A stretch of DNA of 28,302 nucleotides from Gammaproteobacteria bacterium (GTDB taxonomy: Bacteria > Pseudomonadota > Gammaproteobacteria > Eutrophobiales > Eutrophobiaceae), in assembly GCA_014239225.1 (NCBI GenBank), contig JAAZZI010000001.1:1-28302 (forward strand), written 5' to 3'. Shown here one piece after another: positions 20,485-28,302 of this stretch (the stretch's first letter is position 1; every line of letters starts with the position of its first letter). A program made the position numbers and the translations under genes. The notes under the pieces were generated by a model. The model saw only the letters and a program-made list of their open reading frames with translations. It was not told the origin of the DNA and searched no databases.

Positions 20485-21556
20485 TGTTACACTCGATAGG
20501 GAATAATATTGAGAAGTAGGTATTGTTTTCTTTCCTATCGTAATTAATTACCCCGCCATGCGACTGAATTAATTGTTGCGCAATTGATAGCCCAAGTCCT
20601 GTACCTTCCGCATGTCCTGTGACCATTGGGTAAAATGCCCCTGATTCAATCTCAGCTGGTATACCGGGTCCGTTATCAATAATGTCAAGCTGAATTGCTA
20701 ATTTATTGAGTTTATTTTGAATGGTTATCTGTCGTTGAATCCTCGTTTTTAATAGAATTCTTTCATCATTGGTAGTTGCCTGAACTGCATTTCGTAATAA
20801 ATTTAATACTGCCTGAATAAGTTGCTCTCGATCTGCATTAATAGTTGGGATACTTGGATCATAATCTTTCTCAATATTTAAGTTTCGAGAACTTTCAACG
20901 CGAATAATTGAAATAACATATTCAATAATTTCATGAATATTTGTATCAGATCTTACGGGGTGTGTATTAGCGGCCATCATGCGATCTAAAAAATTTCTTA
21001 AGCGATCTGATTCATTAATAATAATTTTCGTATATTCGAGTAAACTTTCATCATCTAATTCTTTTTCCATTAATTGTGCCGCGCCGCGTATTCCGCCTAA
21101 AGGGTTTTTAATTTCATGAGCCATGCCTTGTACTGACTCATTGGCTACCTTCTGTACAGTTTGATGATTAAATTCTTGCATCTCGCGAACGAATGTATCG
21201 ACACCAACTAGTTCAACAATAATTTCTTTTGTTTCATCATCGATAACGATTGGAGTAAATATGCAATCCACTTTGACTGAGTCTCGGTTAATAAGACTCA
21301 TTTCAACGCCTCGCTCTATACGTGTTCTGACAAATTGAAAAGACTTTCTAATCATGTCTGAAAAAAATATAGTATTTGGCCAAATTTTTTCAGGGGTCAG
21401 CCCTAAAATCCGTTTGCTACTCATCGATAACAGACTTTCACCAGCGCTATTTATTGATACCAAATGTAGGTTCTCATCAAACAACAGTACTGACGTTGCT
21501 AGATGGTCAATAATTTGTGCAGCTCTTTCTTCTGTATGATCCATAACTGTATTCAA
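20474..21556 (-). CDS. glnL: nitrogen regulation histidine kinase NtrB/NR(II)
   Basis: PAS-like N-terminus, H-box MAHEIKNPLGGIRGAAQL, N-box LLRNA, DNGPGIP and GTGLGL. Start is the TTG at 21556 or the ATG at 21544. 11-nt overlap with glnG. Confidence 0.95.
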   Translation of the reverse strand: MNTVMDHTEERAAQIIDHLATSVLLFDENLHLVSINSAGESLLSMSSKRILGLTPEKIWPNTIFFSDMIRKSFQFVRTRIERGVEMSLINRDSVKVDCIFTPIVIDDETKEIIVELVGVDTFVREMQEFNHQTVQKVANESVQGMAHEIKNPLGGIRGAAQLMEKELDDESLLEYTKIIINESDRLRNFLDRMMAANTHPVRSDTNIHEIIEYVISIIRVESSRNLNIEKDYDPSIPTINADREQLIQAVLNLLRNAVQATTNDERILLKTRIQRQITIQNKLNKLAIQLDIIDNGPGIPAEIESGAFYPMVTGHAEGTGLGLSIAQQLIQSHGGVINYDRKENNTYFSILFPIECNNAG

Positions 21557-21559
21557 TGC

Positions 21560-21576
21560 TGCACTCTATTAGTGCA
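21560..21576. promoter_or_regulatory. NtrC binding site at the glnL start
   Basis: TGCACTCTATTAGTGCA fits TGCAC-N7-GTGCA and matches the glnA box at 16 of 17 nt. Confidence 0.85.
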
Positions 21577-21684
21577 TTTATCACGCATTAATTCTCGTTG
21601 TTATTTATTATTTTAGATTTTTATTAATAATTACAATAAGTTATCATTTATATAAAAAATTTCTATTTATTCTAGCTTAATTAA

Positions 21685-21700
21685 TGCAAGAAACAGACCA
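21685..21700 (-). promoter_or_regulatory. sigma54-type (-24/-12) promoter upstream of glnLG
   Basis: Minus strand TGGTCTGTTTCTTGCA: GG-N10-GC with TTGCA. The -24 half deviates from TGGCAC. Confidence 0.6.
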
Positions 21701-21754
21701 TTCGCCTTAAAAATAGGCAAAGTACCTCTAAACATGATTTTTTAATTTGAGAAG

Positions 21755-22258
21755 TTATTGTGTTGAACGAAGAATTGAAAACGTACTTGATGCTGAAATT
21801 ATTGCATTTGAAGAACTATCGATAACGCTTGCTCCTACGGTGTGTGTGCCTCTATCAATATTTGTCACAGAAGCACTCTTTCCAGAACCCTTTGACAACT
21901 CCTTTCCATCCATTGTGATTAAAATTCTATGCCCGGAACGAAGAGAGGGTTCAAGAACTATAGATATACTGACATTTCCACTGTTACTCCTTACGGATGA
22001 ACCGTCTACTGGATTTGATACAAACAGCTTCTTATAAGAAAGATCCTCTTCATTCTCGCCCCGACTTTTTCTGCTTGAGGAGGAGATAGATGGCTTGATT
22101 GTTTCGGTTGTTTTTAATTCCTGAAGCTTTATTTCTTCGGAATTTGAAGATGGTTTATCCGAAAATATAATATTGCCATCCTTATCTACAGTCTTATAAA
22201 CCTCTCCATAAAGAATAGGGATATAAAAAAACAATGGTAGTAAAAATATTAGTTTCAT
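21755..22258 (-). CDS. DUF4124-like exported protein
   Basis: Signal peptide followed by VYKTVDKDGNIIFSDKP, a Ser/Lys-rich linker and an Ig-like C-terminus (NIDRGTHTV); sits between glnA and glnL. Confidence 0.75.
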   Translation of the reverse strand: MKLIFLLPLFFYIPILYGEVYKTVDKDGNIIFSDKPSSNSEEIKLQELKTTETIKPSISSSSRKSRGENEEDLSYKKLFVSNPVDGSSVRSNSGNVSISIVLEPSLRSGHRILITMDGKELSKGSGKSASVTNIDRGTHTVGASVIDSSSNAIISASSTFSILRSTQ

Positions 22259-22290
22259 TAATTAATCATAAATAATCATTGCCCACTTTT

Positions 22291-22318
22291 AGATTACCAC
22301 CATCATCGTGTAGTTCAA
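22291..22318 (-). promoter_or_regulatory. possible sigma70 promoter for the DUF4124-like gene
   Basis: Minus strand TTGAAC-N16-TAATCT with an extended -10 TGn; the -35 overlaps the glnA terminator T run. Confidence 0.45.
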
Positions 22319-22345
22319 AAAAAACCCCCTCATAAAGGGGGCTTT
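22317..22345 (-). terminator. intrinsic terminator of glnA
   Basis: Minus strand CCCCCT-TTATG-AGGGGG followed by 8 T, about 20 nt after the glnA stop. Confidence 0.88.
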
Positions 22346-22365
22346 CCCAGCAAATTACTCGCAAT

Positions 22366-23775
22366 TTACAAACTGTAATACATATCAAACTCAATAGGAT
22401 GAGTGGTCATGCGAAAACGATTAACTTCTTCCATCTTCAATTCAATATACCCATTGATCATGTCATCCGTAAAAACGCCGCCCGCAGTAAGAAAACTACG
22501 ATCTTTGTCAAGTGCCTCGAGAGACATGTCTAATGAAGAGGAAACCGTTGGTATCCCCTTTTCTTCCTCTGAACTAATGTCATACAAATCCTTTTCCATA
22601 GGTTCGCCTGGATCAAGCTTGTTTTGTATGCCATCAAGACCAGCCATCATTAATGCGGCAAAAGTAAAGTATGGGTTGCCGCAAGAATCAGGAAAACGGA
22701 CTTCAATACGCCTAGCTTTATCATTTGAAACCCAAGGTATACGACAAGATGCGGAACGATTTCTTGCTGAGTATGCCAATAGAGTGGGTGCTTCAAAGCC
22801 TGGCACTAAACGTTTATAACTATTTGTACTGGCATTTGTAAACGCATTTATGGCACGTGCATGTTTAAAAACACCAGCGATGTAATGCAGTGCAGTATCA
22901 GAAAGATTGCCATACTTATTCCCTGCAAAAAGATTTTTATCATCTTTAACTAGTGACATGTGTACATGCATTCCATTGCCATTATCACCCACCAATGGTT
23001 TAGGCATAAATGTCGCTGTCTTCCCGTAACTATGCGCGACATTGTGAACAACGTATTTAAGAATTAATAGTTCGTCTGCCTTTCTTGTCAACGTCTTACA
23101 TGATGTACCAATTTCAGCTTGACCAGCTGTTGCGACTTCATGATGATGAACTTCGACGGTAACACCCATCTCTTCGAGAACCGTGCACATTGCTGAACGT
23201 ATATTCTGACAAGAGTCAACTGGTGGCACTGGAAAATAACCGCCTTTTACCCCTGGTCGATGACCAATGTTTTTGTCCTCATCAATACGATCGCTATTCC
23301 AACAGCCCTCATCTGAATCAACTTCATAAAACCCCGAATGTAACTCATCTCCCCATCGCACTTCATCAAAGATAAAAAATTCGGGTTCAGGGCCAAAATA
23401 TGCTGCATCCGCAATACCGGTAGATTTTAAATAATCTTCAGCTCGTTTTGAAATTGAGCGTGGGTCACGTTCATATCCTTCCATGGTTAATGGTTCAATT
23501 ACATCGCAGCGAATATTTAATGTTGAATCATCGAAAAAAGGATCTATAACGGCAGTTCCGCTCTCGGGCATCAAAATCATGTCCGACTCATTAATTCCCT
23601 TCCAGGCCGCAATAGACGATCCATCAAACATTTTCCCTTCTTTAAGCATTGCTTTGTCAACTACACTAGCAGGGACCGTTACGTGTTGCTCTTTACCAGC
23701 GGTATCACAGAAACGAAGGTCGACGAATTTAACATCATGCTCCTTAATTAGTTTAAGTACATTATCGGATGACAT
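22366..23775 (-). CDS. glnA: glutamine synthetase type I
   Basis: [73 protein letters not shown], and an adenylylation loop KDLY; AGGAG RBS at 23784-23788. Confidence 0.98.
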   Translation of the reverse strand: MSSDNVLKLIKEHDVKFVDLRFCDTAGKEQHVTVPASVVDKAMLKEGKMFDGSSIAAWKGINESDMILMPESGTAVIDPFFDDSTLNIRCDVIEPLTMEGYERDPRSISKRAEDYLKSTGIADAAYFGPEPEFFIFDEVRWGDELHSGFYEVDSDEGCWNSDRIDEDKNIGHRPGVKGGYFPVPPVDSCQNIRSAMCTVLEEMGVTVEVHHHEVATAGQAEIGTSCKTLTRKADELLILKYVVHNVAHSYGKTATFMPKPLVGDNGNGMHVHMSLVKDDKNLFAGNKYGNLSDTALHYIAGVFKHARAINAFTNASTNSYKRLVPGFEAPTLLAYSARNRSASCRIPWVSNDKARRIEVRFPDSCGNPYFTFAALMMAGLDGIQNKLDPGEPMEKDLYDISSEEEKGIPTVSSSLDMSLEALDKDRSFLTAGGVFTDDMINGYIELKMEEVNRFRMTTHPIEFDMYYSL

Positions 23776-23848
23776 CTTTAACTCTCCTCAGTCTATTTTT
23801 TTTATTAATCAATTACCGTTAATTCCTTCTTTAATTTGTCAAAACCGA

Positions 23849-23864
23849 TGCAATTAATATGCCA
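23849..23864 (-). promoter_or_regulatory. sigma54 promoter of glnA (glnAp2-like)
   Basis: Minus strand TGGCATATTAATTGCA, a near-consensus TGGCA-N6-TTGCA. Confidence 0.88.
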
Positions 23865-23891
23865 CTGCATACTGTTTACTATGAGCATAAT

Positions 23892-23904
23892 AATCAATAA
23901 GTTG
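23892..23904. promoter_or_regulatory. IHF binding site between the NtrC enhancer and the sigma54 promoter
   Basis: AATCAATAAGTTG is an exact match to WATCAANNNNTTR. Confidence 0.6.
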
Positions 23905-23927
23905 CGGTCTAAAATTAAAATAGGGGT

Positions 23928-23944
23928 ATCACTATTATTGTGCG
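23928..23944. promoter_or_regulatory. weaker second NtrC site of the glnA enhancer
   Basis: ATCACTATTATTGTGCG (..CAC-N7-GTGC.), centred 30 bp from the strong box. Confidence 0.5.
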
Positions 23945-23957
23945 CATCTTTTATTTA

Positions 23958-23974
23958 TGCACTATATTAGTGCA
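23958..23974. promoter_or_regulatory. strong NtrC site of the glnA enhancer
   Basis: TGCACTATATTAGTGCA, a perfect TGCACT-N5-AGTGCA palindrome. Confidence 0.88.
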
Positions 23975-23979
23975 ATACA

Positions 23980-24636
23980 TTAATTGCTAACAACAATATG
24001 TCGATCAGACACGACTGTTACTTTCAGTCCATCAAGCCCAATATCTTGTAACTGTAATACGACTTCTTCAGGAGTGAAAGCAGCTTTTAACGAATTTTTG
24101 AAATCTTTTTGTAATATTTCAGGCTCATTCCCTGCGTATTCATGCACTAACTCATCAATCTTTTGAATATTTTTGGGCCGCATTAAGTCCATAATAAAAA
24201 CCAAAGGATTCCCTTTTGCATTTTTGATTAGTTTCCATAGTATCATTGGATCGTGCAAGTGATGTAACAAACTATTGCTAAACACAATTGCATACTCTTT
24301 TTCTGCCAATGTTATGTCTTGTATTGAACTATGTATAAGATTAATTCGATCATTCAATCTAACCTTATCAATAGCTTTTTTACCTTCGTCAATCATTGCG
24401 CATGAGCCATCTATTGCATCAACCTCGAAACATGAGTAATTTGATGCAAATCTTATCGCAATATCTGCTGCTCCTGTCCCAAGATCAATTGCATTACCAA
24501 ATTCTGGAAAATTTTCCCCCATTGAGAGACTCAATAATTCTACGAAATGATTATGGGGTTCTTCAAAATTAGCATTTGCATAAGCGGCTGCTTGTTCTTT
24601 ATCGCTCATTAGTTCGGGCTCAATAATACGCTTCAT
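23980..24636 (-). CDS. class I SAM-dependent methyltransferase, substrate unknown
   Basis: Motif I IDLGTGAAD, motif II DAIDGS..MI, VFSNSLLHHL and DLMRP; N-terminus R..EPELM. Confidence 0.85.
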   Translation of the reverse strand: MKRIIEPELMSDKEQAAAYANANFEEPHNHFVELLSLSMGENFPEFGNAIDLGTGAADIAIRFASNYSCFEVDAIDGSCAMIDEGKKAIDKVRLNDRINLIHSSIQDITLAEKEYAIVFSNSLLHHLHDPMILWKLIKNAKGNPLVFIMDLMRPKNIQKIDELVHEYAGNEPEILQKDFKNSLKAAFTPEEVVLQLQDIGLDGLKVTVVSDRHIVVSN

Positions 24637-24663
24637 AAATCAGAAATACTTGTTGTAATGAGT

Positions 24664-25908
24664 TTAAGGTAATAATTCGCCACCAAATAAATCTTCTAGC
24701 TTTTCTCTTCTTCGAGCCTCATGAACCTTCACTCCATCAACTAATATTTCCGCGGCTCGTGGTCTTGAATTATAGTTTGATGACATACTAAAGCCATATG
24801 CGCCTGCAGAAAAAATAGCAAGTAAATCCCCTTCACTTAAAGACAACGAGCGATTCTTACCGATGAAATCACCAGTTTCGCAAATAGGACCAACAACATC
24901 ATAAATGTTCTCTTTTATATTTGAATTTTGCATAACACATTTAATCTCATGCCAGCTATCATAAAGAGATGGCCTTATCAAATCATTCATTGCTGCATCA
25001 ATAACTGCAAAATTACGAAAGGGAGTTATATTTAGGTATTCGACTTTTGTAAGTAAAATACCCGCATTACCTACAATGGATCTGCCTGGTTCAATAATTA
25101 CTTCAAGATCGCGTTTCTGGGTTATGCTTGTTACAGCATTAACATATTCGGTTGGTGTTGGTGGTATTTCGTTTTGATAGGTAATGCCTAGCCCCCCACC
25201 AATATCAACATGCTGAAGCTCAATTCCTAATTGTTTAAGTTCATCAATTAAATCTAGTAATCTTTGTAATGCGTCCTGAAAAGGAGTCAAGCTCGAGATT
25301 TGTGACCCAATGTGACAACCAATTCCTATCAAACTGATGTTGCTCATATTTGCAGCTTGTTCATAAATAACTTTTGCCGATTCAAAAGCAATACCAAATT
25401 TATTTTCTTTTAAACCAGTTGCAATATAAGGATGAGTCTTGGCATCTACATCAGGATTTACACGTAGTGACACTGGGGCAACCATTCCCATATTTTCAGC
25501 AACCTTATTTAATTTTAATAGCTCACTCTCTGACTCCACATTAAAGCATTTAATATTTTGCTCTAAGGCAAACTTCATCTCGTCCTCACGTTTGCCCACG
25601 CCAGAAAAAACGACTTTCATTGGATCGCCGCCGGCTTCAAGAACACGTAATAACTCTCCTATTGAAACGATATCGAAACCTGAGCCCAGCCTTGCTAAAG
25701 CATTAAGAATGGAAATGTTTGAATTGGCCTTAACGGCATAACAAAGTAAATGCTGTCCCGAAGTAAAAGCTGAATCAAATTCTAAATATCTAGACTGAAT
25801 CGCATTGTTTGAATAAACGTAACACGGCGTGTTATATTGCTTTGCGATTACCAATAAAGAGACATCTTCGGCAAACAATTGGCCGTCTTTATAAATAAAG
25901 TCAGACAT
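24664..25908 (-). CDS. lysA: diaminopimelate decarboxylase
   Basis: PLP Lys in YAVKANSN, FDIVSIGEL, HIGSQ, GGGLG, EPGRSIV, GPICETGD and AGAYGFSMSSNYNSR. Confidence 0.97.
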   Translation of the reverse strand: MSDFIYKDGQLFAEDVSLLVIAKQYNTPCYVYSNNAIQSRYLEFDSAFTSGQHLLCYAVKANSNISILNALARLGSGFDIVSIGELLRVLEAGGDPMKVVFSGVGKREDEMKFALEQNIKCFNVESESELLKLNKVAENMGMVAPVSLRVNPDVDAKTHPYIATGLKENKFGIAFESAKVIYEQAANMSNISLIGIGCHIGSQISSLTPFQDALQRLLDLIDELKQLGIELQHVDIGGGLGITYQNEIPPTPTEYVNAVTSITQKRDLEVIIEPGRSIVGNAGILLTKVEYLNITPFRNFAVIDAAMNDLIRPSLYDSWHEIKCVMQNSNIKENIYDVVGPICETGDFIGKNRSLSLSEGDLLAIFSAGAYGFSMSSNYNSRPRAAEILVDGVKVHEARRREKLEDLFGGELLP

Positions 25909-25914
25909 ATATTT

Positions 25915-26061
25915 TTAAGTACTATTATGAGAATCTAATGAAGATGCTTTGTCTTTATCTGGATAATAAAGGGGGCCTTTTTGCCCACAGCTCGAGGTAC
26001 AGGATAATATGATAAATATCACCCCAATCTTTAAAAAATCAATCCTATAAACTCTGTCCAT
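25915..26061 (-). CDS. small outer-membrane lipoprotein, LptM/YifL/LppL family
   Basis: Lipobox followed by CGQKGPLYYP; family-typical position just upstream of lysA. The ATG at 26061 has a GAGGA RBS at 26069-26073 (the ORF track starts at 26103). Confidence 0.8.
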   Translation of the reverse strand: MDRVYRIDFLKIGVIFIILSCTSSCGQKGPLYYPDKDKASSLDSHNST

Positions 26062-26102
26062 CTTGTTGTCCTCTAATAACCCTACTGCTTGAGTGTTCAG
26101 CA

Positions 26103-26119
26103 TAACAAATTATTTGTTA
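26103..26119. repeat. perfect 8-1-8 palindrome in the divergent lptM/esterase promoter region
   Basis: TAACAAAT-T-ATTTGTTA, overlapping a minus-strand extended -10 (TGtTATGCT). Confidence 0.45.
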
Positions 26120-26199
26120 GTAAAAAATGACTTGGGTTCATTTCATTTGATAAATTAATAGTGCTTAATAATGGTTTATTTCATTACGAGAATTTAGTT

Positions 26200-26868
26200 A
26201 TGTTATTTGAACAAGATGATGCGGTAATAATCGAACCTCAGGGAACGCATAAAGCAAGCATAATTTGGCTGCACGGACTAGGTGCTGATGGGCATGATTT
26301 CGAAGCTATTGTTCCCGAACTACGTTTATCGGCCATATTGGGCATTCGTTTTATTTTCCCAAATGCGCCTATTCGCCCAATAACAATTAATGGTAAAGCA
26401 GAGATGCGTGGATGGTACGATATTAAATCTTCAAATCTTCGTGAAATGGAAGATATTAATTCGATCATTGAATCTTCAGATTTAATTCATAATTATATCG
26501 ATACTTAAATCAAAAAAGGCATTAGTTCAAATAAAATCATTCTCGCTGGATTTTCACAGGGCGGAGCTATCGCTCTGCATGCTGGTTTAAGATACCCGTC
26601 GGAACTAGCTGGATTACTTGCACTCTCAACATATCTACCCATACCAAAAAATCTTAAAAAAGAGACTTCAAATCATAAAGAAATGCCTATCATGATGATG
26701 CATGGTTCAGATGATAATATCATCCCAATTGAACAAGGTCGTTCATCATGGCAAACCTTGATTGAACATGGCTATACAATCGAGTGGAATGAATATCCGA
26801 TGCAACACACAATCTGTTCTGAAGAAATCTCTGTGATTGGTGGTTGGATTATGAAGCAATTATTATAA
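26200..26868 (+). pseudogene. phospholipase/carboxylesterase (alpha/beta hydrolase) interrupted by an in-frame TAA at 26506-26508
   Basis: One frame from ATG 26200 to TAA 26868: IWLHGLGADG, IFPNAP..P.TIN.G..MRGWYDI, then TAA, then IILAGFSQGGA (nucleophile), ALSTYLP, HGSDD.IIP and YPMQH. The two ORF-track fragments are in the same frame. Confidence 0.85.
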
Positions 26869-26894
26869 ATAATTTCATGAGGTATTATTTCTCT

Positions 26895-28115
26895 TTATAA
26901 ATTTTTTTTGTTTTTTGAAAAGTGGGTTAATTTTTCGTGGTGTTTTCTTTTTATCGGTGGTGATATTTTTTTTAACATCACTTCAGTAATAGCAACTGTC
27001 GGAATCTGATAACCAATGTATGATTCTATGTCCGCTAGTGAATATACATAATTTTCGCAAGCAAAACTTACAGCATCGCCGCTTGCGCCTGCTCGGGCTG
27101 TCCTGCCAATCCGATGAACATAATCCTCACCATTCTGTGGTAAATCATAATTAAAAACATGACTAACATCAGGAATATGTAAACCACGGGCAGCAAGATC
27201 AGTGGCAACCAATACTTTTAGGTCTCCTGTTGAAAATTCATTAAATAATCGCTGTCGCTTTTTTTGTGGGACATCCCCTGACAACACAGCAGCGTGTATT
27301 TGATTTCCTTCAAGATATGACCATACTTTTTCCGCGACTCGTTTAGTATTAACAAAAACGATGGTTCTTGTTGTATTTGTACATTTTAGTAAACCGATTA
27401 GTAAAGATATCTTCTCATCATTTGCAACGTGGTAAAGAATTTGGCTTACTCTGTCCGCGGTAACTTTTTCTGGATTTATTTTTATTAGTGTCGGATTATT
27501 CATATGCTCATATGCTAACTCCATAACACGATACGATAATGTAGCTGAAAATAGCATATTTAAACGCTTTTCAGGCTTTGGCATTCGTCTAAGGAGATAA
27601 CGAATATCGCTAATAAAACCAAGATCAAACATACGATCAGCTTCATCTAGAACAACTACCTCTGTATGCTTAAAATTAAATACACCCTGTTTTAAATAAT
27701 CAATCAAGCGGCCTGGTGTGCCAATTAATAAATCTACCCCTTTCATCAATGCTGCACGCTGTTTCTCATAATCAACACCACCATAAACTAGCCCCAATTT
27801 AAGATCAGAATAGCGATTGAGTGTTTCAGCATCTTTATGTATCTGTATAGCAAGTTCGCGTGTTGGAGCAATAATTATTGCACGTAGATTTGTGTTCTCT
27901 TGAGGCTTGCTTGAAATTAAAAAGTGAAATGTTGATAATAAAAATGCTGCTGTTTTCCCAGTGCCCGTCTGTGCCTGACCAGCGATATCATGTCCTTTTA
28001 ATATTAATGGCAAACACTCGGCTTGAACTGGTGTGCATTCTTTAAACCCAATTTCGTCTAAAATACGGAGTAAAGACTCATCAAGTTTCAATTGTCGAAA
28101 TTCAATAGTTTTCAT
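26895..28115 (-). CDS. rhlB: ATP-dependent DEAD-box RNA helicase RhlB
   Basis: AQTGTGKT, PTRELA, GTPGRLID, DEAD, SAT, ARGLHIP and HRIGRTAR; divergent from trxA as in other gammaproteobacteria. Confidence 0.92.
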   Translation of the reverse strand: MKTIEFRQLKLDESLLRILDEIGFKECTPVQAECLPLILKGHDIAGQAQTGTGKTAAFLLSTFHFLISSKPQENTNLRAIIIAPTRELAIQIHKDAETLNRYSDLKLGLVYGGVDYEKQRAALMKGVDLLIGTPGRLIDYLKQGVFNFKHTEVVVLDEADRMFDLGFISDIRYLLRRMPKPEKRLNMLFSATLSYRVMELAYEHMNNPTLIKINPEKVTADRVSQILYHVANDEKISLLIGLLKCTNTTRTIVFVNTKRVAEKVWSYLEGNQIHAAVLSGDVPQKKRQRLFNEFSTGDLKVLVATDLAARGLHIPDVSHVFNYDLPQNGEDYVHRIGRTARAGASGDAVSFACENYVYSLADIESYIGYQIPTVAITEVMLKKISPPIKRKHHEKLTHFSKNKKNL

Positions 28116-28233
28116 ATGTCATTTTTTAAATATACTGATATTTACTAAATATACAAATATCAAGCTTGCAATTAATCTTTAATTTGGTTCAAATTACATC
28201 CTCACACATGTTAGAAAGGAACTCAAAAATAAA

Positions 28234-28302
28234 ATGAGTAATAATATATTAAATGTTACAGACTCAAACTTTGAAGATGAAGTTTTAAAATCAGAACAAC
28301 CA
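28234..28302 (+). CDS. trxA: thioredoxin N-terminus (truncated at the window edge; not in the ORF track)
   Basis: ATG at 28234 gives MSNNILNVTDSNFEDEVLKSEQP, the typical TrxA start; canonical rhlB-trxA divergence. The WCGPC site is outside the window. Confidence 0.85.
   Translation, partial: MSNNILNVTDSNFEDEVLKSEQP

Noticed and set aside
21830-21846. Weak NtrC-like sequence TGCTCCTACGGTGTGTG inside the DUF4124-like gene, upstream of the ntrBC sigma54 element
   Set aside because: Only 7 of 10 half-site positions match and it lies in coding sequence; too weak next to the two strong boxes.
26506-26508. Alternative genetic code or programmed recoding of TAA
   Set aside because: TAA is the normal stop for most genes in this window, and no other internal stops are seen.

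Overview
A visibly AT-rich (GC not computed) gammaproteobacterial chromosome segment, densely coding and almost entirely core genes. Left block on the minus strand: yrdA, mnmG-rsmG-parA-parB, atpI-atpB-atpE (atpE runs off the left edge). Plus-strand block: an M20 peptidase, a 3-hydroxyisobutyrate/tartronate-semialdehyde dehydrogenase-family oxidoreductase, a four-gene GldA/GldF/GldG-like ABC + DUF4340-like module of unknown function, then glyQ-glyS-gmhB-plsC-hemB. Minus-strand block: lptM-like lipoprotein, lysA, a SAM methyltransferase, glnA, a DUF4124-like gene, glnL (ntrB) and glnG (ntrC). The right end holds a carboxylesterase interrupted by one in-frame TAA, rhlB, and the start of trxA. 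I saw no mobile element, CRISPR array, tRNA or rRNA, and no clearly new system. The best leads are: (1) the uncharacterised GldAFG/DUF4340-like envelope ABC module with palindromes around its promoter; (2) a readable nitrogen-control circuit, with two NtrC boxes identical at 16 of 17 nt, a sigma54 promoter with an IHF site at glnA, and a second sigma54-type promoter at ntrBC whose NtrC box lies downstream on the ribosome-binding region; (3) the nonsense codon in the esterase, plus radical changes at normally conserved residues elsewhere, several reachable by one G:C->T:A change. All family assignments come from recalled motifs, not database searches.
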